DNA from: an uncultured Desulfosarcina sp.
GTDB lineage: Bacteria; Desulfobacterota; Desulfobacteria; Desulfobacterales; Desulfosarcinaceae
Reading direction: 5' to 3'
Assembly (NCBI GenBank): GCA_963674945.2
Contig: CAXXWQ010000003.1
Coordinates: 2,336,001-2,400,000, forward strand
DNA length: 64,000 nucleotides
Part shown: piece by piece, positions 1-10,422 of the stretch
Position numbering within the stretch: the first letter of the stretch is position 1
Layout: each line of letters opens with the position of its first letter
The notes under the pieces: model-generated
Database searches by the model: none
What the model was told of the DNA's origin: nothing
Seen by the model: the letters and a program-made list of their open reading frames with translations, nothing else
Program-made: the position numbers and the translations under genes

Positions 1-1
1 T

Positions 2-910
2 CTTCCACAGATTTCCAAAAGCAGCAGCAATGTACTGATCGAAGGTGCCAGCGGCACCGGAAAAGAGCTGTTTGCCCGCGCGATCCACAATCTGTCTCCA
101 CGAAGGTCGCACCGTTTCGTTCCGGTCAATTGCGCGGCGCTACCGGACACGCTGCTGGAGAGCGAGCTGTTCGGCCATCGCGCCGGCGCCTTTACCGATG
201 CGAAACGAGATAAGGTGGGCCGTTTTCAGCTGGCCCACAAGGGCACATTGTTTCTCGATGAAATCGGCGACATCTCTCATGCCATGCAGGTCCGCTTGTT
301 GCGGGTATTGGAGGACGGCCTCATCGAACCGTTGGGCGCTGAAGAGCCGGTAGCCATCGATGTGCGTGTCGTGGTGGCGACGAACAAACCCCTTTACGAT
401 CTGGTGAAGCACGGAACATTTCGTGACGATCTGTACTATCGTATCCGCGTCGTTCATTTGAGACTTCCTGAGTTGCGCCATCGCCGCGAAGACATTCCGT
501 TGTTGATCCAGCATATGATAGACAAGTTTAACCGCCTTCAAGAAAAAAATATCGCCGGCGTGTCCACCGAAGTCCTGACCCTTTTAATGAAGCATGATTA
601 TCCCGGCAATGTTCGTGAACTGGAGAATATCATCGAGCAGGCATTCGTACTCTGCCGGGAGATGGTGATTGATTTGAAACATCTTCCTCCTGAATTGCGT
701 ACGTCCACGACGGCGGAAGCTGCAACCTTGGATCATGTGAGCCTCAAGGATATGGAGAAGGCCGTGATCACGGAAGTTCTAAGACGACATCGTGGCAATC
801 GGAAAGCAGCGGCCGAAGATCTCGGCATTCATCCCAGCACACTCTACAGAAAAATTCAGGGGTACCGTATACCGTTGCCGACAACCGACGGTCGTTATAA
901 ACAGAAGTAA
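2..910 (+). CDS. Sigma-54-dependent transcriptional activator (NtrC/Fis family), 5'-truncated by window edge
   Basis: Frame open from base 2: GASGTGKE Walker A, GAFTDA loop, LFLDEI Walker B, YPGNVREL, C-terminal Fis HTH. Confidence 0.95.
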   Translation, partial: LPQISKSSSNVLIEGASGTGKELFARAIHNLSPRRSHRFVPVNCAALPDTLLESELFGHRAGAFTDAKRDKVGRFQLAHKGTLFLDEIGDISHAMQVRLLRVLEDGLIEPLGAEEPVAIDVRVVVATNKPLYDLVKHGTFRDDLYYRIRVVHLRLPELRHRREDIPLLIQHMIDKFNRLQEKNIAGVSTEVLTLLMKHDYPGNVRELENIIEQAFVLCREMVIDLKHLPPELRTSTTAEAATLDHVSLKDMEKAVITEVLRRHRGNRKAAAEDLGIHPSTLYRKIQGYRIPLPTTDGRYKQK

Positions 911-1024
911 TCGCGCATTTTGCAATTCTACGATGATCCCTCCCTTTTTTTTGTTCTTGGTAACACCAACTAACTTTCTGTTATTATAGATGTATTATGC
1001 CATAAGATAGTTTCTTTTATACAA

Positions 1025-1040
1025 TGGTATGATTTTTGCT
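1025..1040 (+). promoter_or_regulatory. Putative sigma-54 -24/-12 promoter
   Basis: TGGTAT-gattt-TTGCT matches TGGCAC-N5-TTGC spacing; lies just after the activator gene and upstream of the cytochrome genes. Confidence 0.6.
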
Positions 1041-1113
1041 TTCATTACCAATGAATCAAGTTCATAAGTTGTATGTCCATCATGCATTATTTATTCAAAA
1101 TGAGGGCAATGAA

Positions 1114-1335
1114 ATGAAAGCAGAAACGCGATATGGAAACCAGCCAACGAAAGATGCCATCCTGTCCATGATAGAAAAAAGGCCTTGTTCAGTGCAACGA
1201 ATTACGCATGCATTCAGTGCCAGAAGCTATGAAGTCGTCAGACTCATCTCCGAAATGGTGCGCGATGGCCAGGTTATGATCAAGTCCACCAATGAGCGTC
1301 CTTTCGTGGTCAGAAATATCGGGATGAACCATTAG
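1114..1335 (+). CDS. Small hypothetical protein, possibly winged-helix
   Basis: ORF (annotated from 1036; likely ATG 1114) with helix pattern AILSMIEKRPCSVQRITHAF. Confidence 0.5.
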   Translation: MKAETRYGNQPTKDAILSMIEKRPCSVQRITHAFSARSYEVVRLISEMVRDGQVMIKSTNERPFVVRNIGMNH

Positions 1336-1424
1336 CTGCTGCAAGCACCGCCTTTTCGCATGGCAGTACCGTCTGATCATAATTGATGCTTTTAACGATC
1401 GAGATGATCTTTAAGGAGCTTGCT

Positions 1425-2504
1425 ATGCACTACTATAGTCAACACACCTGTTTTATCCTCATTTCTCTGGTGTTGTTTTTTTACCCAACCAGTTTTGCCC
1501 AGGAGGTAAGTCACGAAGAATGCTTTTATTTAAAGAGTCTGCACTATACGGCCGACGGAATGGAATACTGGTACAGCCGTGATAGAGGCGGACTCGAAAC
1601 ATTGACCGGCATTCCTTATCATCAACTGGGCTGCAAAAACTGCCACGCACCTGGATGCGATCGCTGCCATAAAGCCGAAAGCAAATCCGGTGATTGCGAA
1701 TATGCATATTATTCCATAGTGGAGGCGTCCAACCAATCCTTGTGTCTGACCTGCCACGGCCGTGAGAAAGCGATGATTCGTGTGGATCACAAGGCCGGCC
1801 ATGAGGATATTCATGTTCAGCAGGAAATGATCTGTACCGACTGCCATTCCCAAAGGGAAATGCACGGTGACGGCACATCCTATCTTTCCCTGAAACAGTC
1901 CGGAGCAATGGATACGGCCTGTGAAAACTGTCATGACGACATAAAACCGACCGAGGCCCACACCGTGCACAACGGCCGCTTGGATTGCAAGGCCTGCCAT
2001 ATCCGCCACGTTGTCAGCTGTACCAACTGCCATTTTGACACGCTGGTGGAAAAAGGGGTGCGCAAGGCGATCCCCGTATCCGGATGGATGTTTCTCATGA
2101 ATTATGAAAACAAGGTGACATCTGCAAGCATGCAGACTTTCGTCACCGGCGGTAACAAAACCTTTCTCATGTTCGCTCCACACATGAGCCACTCGGTTAT
2201 GCGGCAAGGTCATTCCTGCGAGGTTTGCCATGCCAGTGAAAATGCCAAAAAGGTAAAAAGCGGACGAATCAGTCTCACCTGGCTGGAGAACAAGCAGGTG
2301 GAGAACCGTAAAGGCGTGATTCCGGTGGTGGATGGCGTGGACTATGTCTGCGTGTATCAAAATTTCGTCGATGGTCAATGGATTCCCGTTAAAAAGCCAC
2401 TGCAGCCGATGGTTCAATATGCCGCTTTTGGAAAACCGCTGACAACCGAACAGCTGGATAAATTGGTGACAAAGCAGTCTGCACCGGGTTTAAAAATGAG
2501 ATAA
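1425..2504 (+). CDS. Periplasmic octaheme cytochrome c
   Basis: Signal peptide; eight CxxCH motifs (CKNCH, CDRCH, CLTCH, CTDCH, CENCH, CKACH, CTNCH, CEVCH); AAGGAG RBS before 1425. Confidence 0.9.
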   Translation: MHYYSQHTCFILISLVLFFYPTSFAQEVSHEECFYLKSLHYTADGMEYWYSRDRGGLETLTGIPYHQLGCKNCHAPGCDRCHKAESKSGDCEYAYYSIVEASNQSLCLTCHGREKAMIRVDHKAGHEDIHVQQEMICTDCHSQREMHGDGTSYLSLKQSGAMDTACENCHDDIKPTEAHTVHNGRLDCKACHIRHVVSCTNCHFDTLVEKGVRKAIPVSGWMFLMNYENKVTSASMQTFVTGGNKTFLMFAPHMSHSVMRQGHSCEVCHASENAKKVKSGRISLTWLENKQVENRKGVIPVVDGVDYVCVYQNFVDGQWIPVKKPLQPMVQYAAFGKPLTTEQLDKLVTKQSAPGLKMR

Positions 2505-2641
2505 CACCATACGTATCTACTATTTTCGCCCAACAAGATAAATCAAGACGTCACAAGATATCCACGCAGTTGATTTGCGGCATTATCGATACGCCCCAAC
2601 GAATCACCAGCCTTCCCAGACACATCTTTGTGACCTAATTT

Positions 2642-5097
2642 CAGAACACTGCATCTCCGGGAAAACTATGTGACACCTCCGGCATGATTTGAGGTGCTGC
2701 AGCCATTTAGTTCGAATATCATTTGCAGCTCGGTACCGGGGTATTTTACCTGCGCACTGTTCAGATGCGCAAACAGTTGGCAAAGAGCCCGATTGGCCGC
2801 TGGGAACGAAGCGCCGTGCAATCGTATATTCAATTGCTGATTTTCAATATCGGGCAGTACATCGCCTTCGGTCTGGAACAGTGTCTGGAGAAGACTCCGT
2901 GCATCCGACGAGTTTACCGTCGGACCCGTGAGCAACCCAACCATTGCCGTCTCTGCACGATATGCAATCATACGAACCGTGTCCATCAGGCGTTTTCTGC
3001 CCGGTTGTAAACGTAAAAATTTATCTTTTGCTTCAAGTTCTCCCCACGTGATGTGTTTACTTGTCTGTTTTCGTTTTTCTTTCAACTCGCTGAGTTGATA
3101 CTCCATCTTTTCGATTTCTTCTAACAGCTCGGCCTTTTTCTCTATCCACTTCTTAAACTTTACCGGTTTGTCTTCATTTTCAGGGTGAATGGTCATCTCG
3201 GCAAAACAGGCACGACGATATCGTAGCTTGTTCTGCAACGAATTACGGGATTGATTCAATTGCCGCCAAACGGGGTTGATTACCCGTTCGGTATCAGGAA
3301 ATTCAACGACACCATAATCTAAAAGCACATCGATATCAAAATGTTGCATCATATAGTTGAAAAAGTTTTCCTGACACCACCGGCTGAACATGCGTGCTGC
3401 CAATTGAGTATGCGGCAAATCGAAAGCGGTGCTGATTACGCTGGTCTGGTGTCCGGAATCGGTCAGTTTTCGCACTTGTCGCATCCATGTTGCACCCTTA
3501 CCAGATCCCACCAAACTACCCATTTCGCAAAGCCGCATCTTCACCACCTCTTTGTTTGGCATCGCAACTTCATACTCGGTGAACCAATGCTCCGGCCATG
3601 ATTCACCAGGATGCTTATGATACGTCATGCAGCCGATTCGATGGCGATCCCACATTTCCTTGAAGAATGCGGGACTATATCCTTCCCTGTCGAAAACAAG
3701 AACGAACCGGCATAAACATGGGTTCTCTTGTAGTTGCTGCAAACCGGGTTGATTCGGAACGTCTTGCAACAACCGGGGAACGATATCGTCTCTTAAAACC
3801 GCCAATAATCCAGGATCGATCTGCTTTTCGACGACAAAAAAAGGTCGGCCAATCGCATCGTTAACCCAATAGTCGGTAATGCCCCTCATGCACAATCGTT
3901 CCCGGGACACGTAGCGGCGCGGTAGTCGGGTCAATTTTCCATGATAAACACGTACATGCCCGTCAACATAAAGCGCGCCAACCGATTCGGGCGCCTGTTC
4001 CATCCAGTATTTACCGAGGTATGCGGCCCACTTTTCCGCGCCGTGGTCTGCGCTCAACGCATCCATCTTGTAACGCAAACAGCGAACCTCCGGTGCACGA
4101 TCCAAGCCCAATAACTTACCAAATTCTCCCGGAGCATGGCCTCGTATTTTTTCTGTCGTCTTGATCCTGCATAAGGCCATAAACGAAAGCAGCAACAAGA
4201 CATGAAAGATCGTGTAATAGCCTTTGACTTGGCCGAGGAACTGTTTTGCGCCGGTAAACAACCCGTTTGCCACCAATGACGGTATCGCACAAAGAACGCC
4301 TGCTTTGGGAACGTCCAGGCATCTGTCAAAACGAACCGGCGCACCAACCATTTTGCCCAATGATGCCAATATGCGTTCCCCGACTCGGTTGCAAGCCGTC
4401 CCCATACCATCGGCAGCAGCCATGTCGACCATGTCCCGATCTGATTTGGTTAGACACGGTTCACCAATCCTTGATTCGATTAACCGACCATCATCTATAG
4501 CTTTGCGAAACGTATCGTATTTAATGCCAAGTTCCAGGGCGGCATCTTTTTTCGAGCACCCTTGATCCAGTAAACGTTGGGCTTGTTCAAGCACCTCAGG
4601 TTTGAAAACCTTGCCGCCGCGTCGTCCCCGCCGCTGAACGAAAAATGCCTCGGCGCCGCCGGACCTGAGTTTGTTCACGGATCGGATGACATTGCTCTTG
4701 GATACGCCGAATGTGTTTTGGATATCGATCTGGCGGCAAGCTCCGGATTCAACCAGTTGGGCTGTTATCATCCGAAACATTCGTTGATCGCCTTGTCTGT
4801 GAGAATAAATCGGAACGGTCGATAGAAAATAGGTCCAGGTCGTATCGTCACGAAATACACTGACAAGCCCGTTGATTTGTCTTGCACCGCGAGGAATAAG
4901 TGGTAGTATCTGTTGAGGCATGGCATCCTTTTCCTTTCATTTATCCGCCAAGATAATAAGGTTAAAGGTGCCATGTTCATTTTCCGGTTGCAATACCTTA
5001 CCGGCCTGCTGGATTCAGACTCCTATCTTTCTGTTTTTCAACCACTTACATTATGTTTTGCTTGCCATATGCAACAATTAGGAAATCAAGTTTCCTG
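2642..5097 (-). mobile_element. Insertion sequence, unclassified family (2456 bp)
   Basis: Imperfect terminal IRs CAGAACACTGCATCTCC / CAGGAAACTTGATTTCC; AATTT duplicated at 2637-2641 and 5098-5102. Confidence 0.75.
2666..4921 (-). CDS. Large DDE transposase (751 aa) with N-terminal HTHs
   Basis: YVDGH, VFDREG and RWCQENFF catalytic-type motifs; fills the IR-bounded element. Confidence 0.85.
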   Translation of the reverse strand: MPQQILPLIPRGARQINGLVSVFRDDTTWTYFLSTVPIYSHRQGDQRMFRMITAQLVESGACRQIDIQNTFGVSKSNVIRSVNKLRSGGAEAFFVQRRGRRGGKVFKPEVLEQAQRLLDQGCSKKDAALELGIKYDTFRKAIDDGRLIESRIGEPCLTKSDRDMVDMAAADGMGTACNRVGERILASLGKMVGAPVRFDRCLDVPKAGVLCAIPSLVANGLFTGAKQFLGQVKGYYTIFHVLLLLSFMALCRIKTTEKIRGHAPGEFGKLLGLDRAPEVRCLRYKMDALSADHGAEKWAAYLGKYWMEQAPESVGALYVDGHVRVYHGKLTRLPRRYVSRERLCMRGITDYWVNDAIGRPFFVVEKQIDPGLLAVLRDDIVPRLLQDVPNQPGLQQLQENPCLCRFVLVFDREGYSPAFFKEMWDRHRIGCMTYHKHPGESWPEHWFTEYEVAMPNKEVVKMRLCEMGSLVGSGKGATWMRQVRKLTDSGHQTSVISTAFDLPHTQLAARMFSRWCQENFFNYMMQHFDIDVLLDYGVVEFPDTERVINPVWRQLNQSRNSLQNKLRYRRACFAEMTIHPENEDKPVKFKKWIEKKAELLEEIEKMEYQLSELKEKRKQTSKHITWGELEAKDKFLRLQPGRKRLMDTVRMIAYRAETAMVGLLTGPTVNSSDARSLLQTLFQTEGDVLPDIENQQLNIRLHGASFPAANRALCQLFAHLNSAQVKYPGTELQMIFELNGCSTSNHAGGVT

Positions 5098-5886
5098 AAT
5101 TTTACAAAATTCGAACATGCCCGGTTACATTGGAATCTGCGACCAGCAGGGCCGTCGTCAGGTGACAGGAGCCGTTACGGAGCATTCGGATATTGACAGT
5201 TTTTACCCTGCGGGATAGGGTACTTTCGTCCGGTAATTTGTAAAGCAGCCGACAAAGCGAGTAGAAAGCTGTCAAGGAAACAAGCCTGAATACCTCTGGC
5301 GGCATCATCACCGCCAGCGCCTATGGTACGGATTGGGAAGATGGAAAACCATGATCTTCCGTAAGCCAGAGGTCGTTATCTTCAGGATTTTACGTACTAC
5401 ATCGATCAAATAGATCCAATCATCACCACGATCCAAAAAGCCACCAAGGAATTTCTCGAAACTCGGTTTTTTTGAGTGGAAAGGGATTCCTATCGTCGGC
5501 CTTGTCGTGCCGGTAAATGACAGATTCGTCGTCCTGCGATTACATGCGCCACGTGAAAAGCTGGAAGACACGAACTTCTGAATTTGATGAAGCAGGAGGG
5601 TAGCGCCATGAATGTTTTTAGTATGTAACCAATCGTATTTCCATGGGATATCTCCAACGCACCTTTAATCCCACATTTCCAGATACAAACTGCGTTCCAA
5701 AACAATCGTAGACTGAAATCGTCTATTTTTGTCCCTATTGGATGTCGCCAAGACGTCCATATGGCATTTTCATATGGGATTTAAAATAGACGCATAGATA
5801 ACTCTATCGAGTTATCGCAATGTTAACATTGTTTTACACCAATAGAGAACACACCCTTGGTGAAAATATAGCGGTGAGTAAAGATT

Positions 5887-6147
5887 ATGTGCATAAATAC
5901 AAAAAAAATAGCATTTATTCTCATTGTACTTTTCTCGGCTTGTTCAAATGATAAAAACACTGAAATTTCTTTTCATAAGCCACTCACGGCAATATATATC
6001 GGTGATTCACTGTGTTCTGAACCCTTCTTGGGATTCGATAACGCGGCAACCATGGCAGGCATCGATAGTGACTGTAAATTTGGAAGAGCGTCCATAGACT
6101 ATGGTGGCCTTCCTGACTACGATATTGTTTTCTATGCACTTGGATAA
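5887..6147 (+). pseudogene. Truncated SGNH/GDSL hydrolase-like lipoprotein
   Basis: Lipobox FSAC, IGDSL block I; ORF stops at DIVFYALG where block III (GxND) is expected. Confidence 0.5.
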
Positions 6148-6319
6148 AAATAGCGGATACATATCATTGAAAGGGGGCTACTCCGTTCTTGATGAATATA
6201 GAGATTGTGGGTTGAATTTGCTCTCAATAGTCTTTAAATAGTGCAAGGTGAAATTGTCTAATCTTGTTCCTATTTGGGATTTTGAGTCTAAAGCCAAAGA
6301 TGTCCAGAAAAGATGGAAG

Positions 6320-6853
6320 ATGAAAAAGGTCTGCGCTTGGTGTGGGAAAAATCTAGGTAGTGTCGCTTCGAAAAAAGGTTTCGAACATGGCGTCACGCAT
6401 GGTATTTGCGGCAACTGTAAAGACAATCTGTTATTTCAGATGGGTGTTGGAAATAATCTTGGCGTGTTCCTTAACAACCTGAAGCGACCGATCCTTGCGG
6501 TTAATCGAGAAGGAACAATTGTCTCCGCAAACAATCAAGTTAAGACGTTGCTTCAACATGGATTATCAGGGATTGAAGGGAACAATGGTTGCGAACTGTT
6601 TGAATGTATATATGCGCGACTTCCCGAGGGACATGGGAATACGATATATTGTTCCGGCTGCGACATCCGGAGGACGGTAATGGAGACACATGCGACAGGA
6701 AGGAGTTATCTGAAAATTCCAGTCTCACTCAGCAGAAACACTCCGGAAGGTCCGGAAAAACTCAACTTGTTGATCTCCACCGCAAAAAATAATGATCTGG
6801 TTTTTTTGCGGATCGATCATATAAAAGACGTCCTTCAGAAAAATACCAATTAA
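6320..6853 (+). CDS. Zn-ribbon (CxxC...H..CxxC) plus PAS-like domain protein
   Basis: KKVCAWCG...THGICGNC followed by PILAVNREGTIVSAN (PAS-like). Confidence 0.7.
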   Translation: MKKVCAWCGKNLGSVASKKGFEHGVTHGICGNCKDNLLFQMGVGNNLGVFLNNLKRPILAVNREGTIVSANNQVKTLLQHGLSGIEGNNGCELFECIYARLPEGHGNTIYCSGCDIRRTVMETHATGRSYLKIPVSLSRNTPEGPEKLNLLISTAKNNDLVFLRIDHIKDVLQKNTN

Positions 6854-7112
6854 AAGCCTACGCTAATACCGATCATATTAATCGAAAGGCTATTCGTTCC
6901 AGATTGAGAAACATTTTTTCATACTGTCAGCGAATGGTGAAGTAAGGGGCGACCGAACGAACTACAAGAAAAAATGCAGAGAATTACAGCGGACCCTCCA
7001 CAGACTGATTGGCACCTTACTGATCTCGATGCTTTTGGATAAGCAGCGTTACGGTTAAGCTATGCTGCCCGGCCGCTTTTTGGCCTGGTCAGCACCGGAG
7101 AATCGTTGAGTT

Positions 7113-7535
7113 CTAGTTAATGTAGTAACCTGAAACTCGCCAGTTTCCGTCTATTTCCAACATAGGAGTTACGGTTTCAATTGCTGATTTCTTTTTTTCG
7201 AACGATGTTTTGAATTGAATGATGACATATTGTCCGTCAGGAGCACCGGGAAGGGAAGTCTCATATGTTTTACTCTTAACCTCTCTAAAAATCAATTTTC
7301 CGAGTGGTTCCCGTTCGGCCTGAAGAGACTGCTCCCATCGGTCCTTCTTTACTGCATTTTTAAATAATGAAGCTGTTTCATTCCAACTATCTGCATATCG
7401 CCCCTCATCAATTGCCTTCAACCACTTTAGTGCTACAGTTTCGGCAACTTTTTCTTTTTCAGAATCCGCCATCGCTCCTGACACAGAAAGTAGTACCATG
7501 CTTACAATTATAATATATGCTATTTTCTTAACCAT
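7113..7535 (-). CDS. DUF4019-family exported protein
   Basis: Signal peptide; WLKAIDEGRYADSW, LPGAPDGQY, AIETVTP, WRVSGY; GGAGG RBS before 7535. Confidence 0.85.
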   Translation of the reverse strand: MVKKIAYIIIVSMVLLSVSGAMADSEKEKVAETVALKWLKAIDEGRYADSWNETASLFKNAVKKDRWEQSLQAEREPLGKLIFREVKSKTYETSLPGAPDGQYVIIQFKTSFEKKKSAIETVTPMLEIDGNWRVSGYYIN

Positions 7536-8713
7536 TGTCTCTCCTCCTCTATTGCACAGACCCAACATTAGTTAGTATGTGGCAGACTTCTTTTTGTCTG
7601 AAAAACGGCTTTCAGGTCATTTTATCCAAATCCCGCTGTTTTTCAACAAAATTAACATATCATTGATATAATAAGAAAAAGTTAGTTTTCAGAACATTTC
7701 GATAAACGTCGAATGACAGCTTTTTGTTACAATTATCACACCCATGACCGAATGCGTGTGCCCTAAGTGCGGCAGGCGCCATCGGATACAGATCTATTTT
7801 ACCGGCCGGGGCATTCCTCGTAAGTTTTGTGATTATTGTCGGTTTCACACCGCTTCGTTACGGACAACCGAAGAGACTGTCTACGATGTGAATCATACCC
7901 CTGACCTGGTGGCATAAGTGTTGACGTTTTTTTCGGATCCATAAAAATAGACAAGGCCCCCACCATTGAGGGCCTTGTCCGAGGGGCTAAGCAAAAATTT
8001 CCCAAACTAATGTATCCGTTTTCTAATTTTCGTTTTGAGAATCATTCTTGGAAAATATTCTGCTTTTTCATAAGTTAGCAATATTTATGAAATCAATTTC
8101 ATATTGTGTAATTGGTGATATAGCAAATAACAGTATGATTTATTTTTAAAATTTTAAAATCAATCCCGAACCATCTAAATTATTTAGAATTTTTGCTTTT
8201 TATTTTAAATATGGGTATTTTGCACATTATTTGCTTCAATCTCTGGACGTTCCTATATAAATTTCCAGTCTAAGTTCCATTTTTAACAATTCAGAAGAAG
8301 CAGATCCTATTGTGAGATAGGTGCGGAAACCTACGTGTTTCAGGTGGCATGTGAATTTTGTCTATCCTGTTAGGACATTTATACTTCGGTATTGTGGATA
8401 AACAGATTTTGTTTAACGGAGGGAGACAATGACACCACAAAATGAAATACTTAAAAAAGAAGCTGCGTATCATGATGCAATTGCAGAAAAAAATGTTGTC
8501 GATAGGGGCGCTGCAGAATGGCACTACGCACAAGATTCGCCAGCATCATATATAGCCGATGAACTACCGAGATTGAAAAAAAAGCTTCTACAAACCCTTG
8601 GTGATGTTAGCAGGAGAAGAGTTCTCGTTTTAGGTTGTGGTGAGTAAGGGTCAAATAAACCCCATCTTCACATAGCCCAGATATTATGACATCATAGGCT
8701 TGGCAATGAAAAT

Positions 8714-10369
8714 CCTGAATCAGTGGCCTAATTTTTGCTGTTAGGATTGGCGCGGGGCGATTGCCTCACACACCATCATTTGTTGATAATTTTTCTCACT
8801 ATTTTCAAATTTCGAAGGAATTTTGCTCCTGTTTCTCATTCTTTAGCCATAGCAAATCACCAAGCAAATGCCTGTAAAATTGTTCTTTTAAAAATTATAG
8901 CTACTTCATAGCGGAAAGCAAATTCAGACGAAGATAAATCCGATCCATCAGTTTGGAAAATGGATTGAGTTGGCCAAAGGATATGTACCATTTTCTACTT
9001 CTGGTTACTAATCGACCGGCCATATACATCAAGTCCTGCATGACTGTCCGGATTCGACGCCGGGTAACTTTCTTCCGGCGTATACCGGGCAATTCAGTCG
9101 GATCACTCTCTTCGATGCTGATTTGTCCGATAATCCGTAGCATGTTGTACGTCAGCATCGCCAAATGAAGAATCAAGCTATTGGTGGAAAAATGACCGCT
9201 CGGCAAGCGCTCCAGGCCCATGTCGGATTTGAGTTCGGAGTGAAACTGCTCGCTGGTACCGTGATCGTGATAAAGTCGAATCACCTCATCCGGTGGCAAC
9301 TGTGCGAGGCTGCACCAATAGGTATCGATCTGATACTCGGGGAACAGCAGTACTTGGCCCTTTTTGGTATGCCTTTCGGTAACCTCAAAGATGATTGGGT
9401 AGCGCAATGGATTGCCGTTGATGTCTTCAATCGTCTTTCCGATCCATACACATTTTCCTGAGCGGCAATGCTGTTGCTTGCCGGATTTTTTTGCCAGATC
9501 AACCCACTTTTGAACAGATTCTCTACGCAAATTGCGTTTGATGATAAAGTGGACATTCTTTCGTGAATCGTCAGGAAAGTTGTCTTGACTGTCGTTTCCT
9601 GAATCCAACCTCATCAAAATAGGCTGATCGGTAATTTGCCTGGCATAATCCAAGGTGGCGTTGATAAATTCGGGGGTGTTTTTCTGGCAGTGTTGTTTTC
9701 CTTCTCTGAACTCAAGATTCACCAGATACCCCTCGGTGCCCAGGTAGGCAAAGATCGGAGCGAAGCCATCCGTGCCTTTGTAGGTTCTGGAAACGCCTTC
9801 CTTTTGAGTCTTTGAGTTGTCAAACGGACTCACATCCATATCCAAAGGAAGGAAATCACCCGCACTGGTTTGGATGGGTGAAATCGCCGGAGCGCAGGAT
9901 CGAACCAAATCAACGCCTGCATCCTTAATCAGCTTATCGGCTTGGTTGCCGATCAAATCGATTCGCTGACGCAATGTCGGGCTTGACGGGCATGCACGAT
10001 TGCCAATGGCCTTGTTGAAAAATTCTTGCTTCTCACGAAAAATCTCGATCGCATCGTAATCAGGTTTACCAATACTCATGAGAGCAATCATCGAAGCTAA
10101 AATGTCACCATGAGAAATTTTCGGGTCTACACAATGGACGCCGTTGATCTTTTCGAAACGGAACCTGAAATTTATCGCATCAAGTAATGCGCCGATATTG
10201 ATCAATCCGCTATGACTGGCAAGTTTTTCCATCTCGTGTTTTATGGTGATCGGACGCCGCATTGATTTCACCTCCGAAGTGAGCGTTTAGTGCCCTAATA
10301 TTACCATAATATATATGTTTTATCAATTGGTTATAGTGTTTTAATCAGGTTTTGTGCCACGGAAACAGG
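8714..10369 (-). mobile_element. IS1380-family element (1656 bp) nested in IS66
   Basis: IRs CCTGAATCAGTGGC / CCTGTTTCCGTGGC; AAAAT TSD (8709-8713, 10370-10374); removing it gives exactly the 2494 bp of IS66 copy 2. Confidence 0.93.
8901..10271 (-). CDS. IS1380-family transposase
   Basis: LDMDVS, RLDSG, YHDHGTSEQFHSELK DDE motifs. Confidence 0.92.
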   Translation of the reverse strand: MKSMRRPITIKHEMEKLASHSGLINIGALLDAINFRFRFEKINGVHCVDPKISHGDILASMIALMSIGKPDYDAIEIFREKQEFFNKAIGNRACPSSPTLRQRIDLIGNQADKLIKDAGVDLVRSCAPAISPIQTSAGDFLPLDMDVSPFDNSKTQKEGVSRTYKGTDGFAPIFAYLGTEGYLVNLEFREGKQHCQKNTPEFINATLDYARQITDQPILMRLDSGNDSQDNFPDDSRKNVHFIIKRNLRRESVQKWVDLAKKSGKQQHCRSGKCVWIGKTIEDINGNPLRYPIIFEVTERHTKKGQVLLFPEYQIDTYWCSLAQLPPDEVIRLYHDHGTSEQFHSELKSDMGLERLPSGHFSTNSLILHLAMLTYNMLRIIGQISIEESDPTELPGIRRKKVTRRRIRTVMQDLMYMAGRLVTRSRKWYISFGQLNPFSKLMDRIYLRLNLLSAMK

Positions 10370-10422
10370 AAAATGTGTATGGGAGACGATTGTGAACCGG
10401 CCGGTAGAAAGTAAGAGAAGAA

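Noticed and set aside
1530..2417. 295-aa antisense ORF
   Set aside because: Shadow of the cytochrome gene
5102..5705. Short ORFs as real genes
   Set aside because: Fragmented in all frames with no recognisable motif; possibly a decayed gene
7660..8005. Riboswitch or leader peptide at the 7951-7980 hairpin
   Set aside because: Only a simple stem is visible; no aptamer consensus recognised
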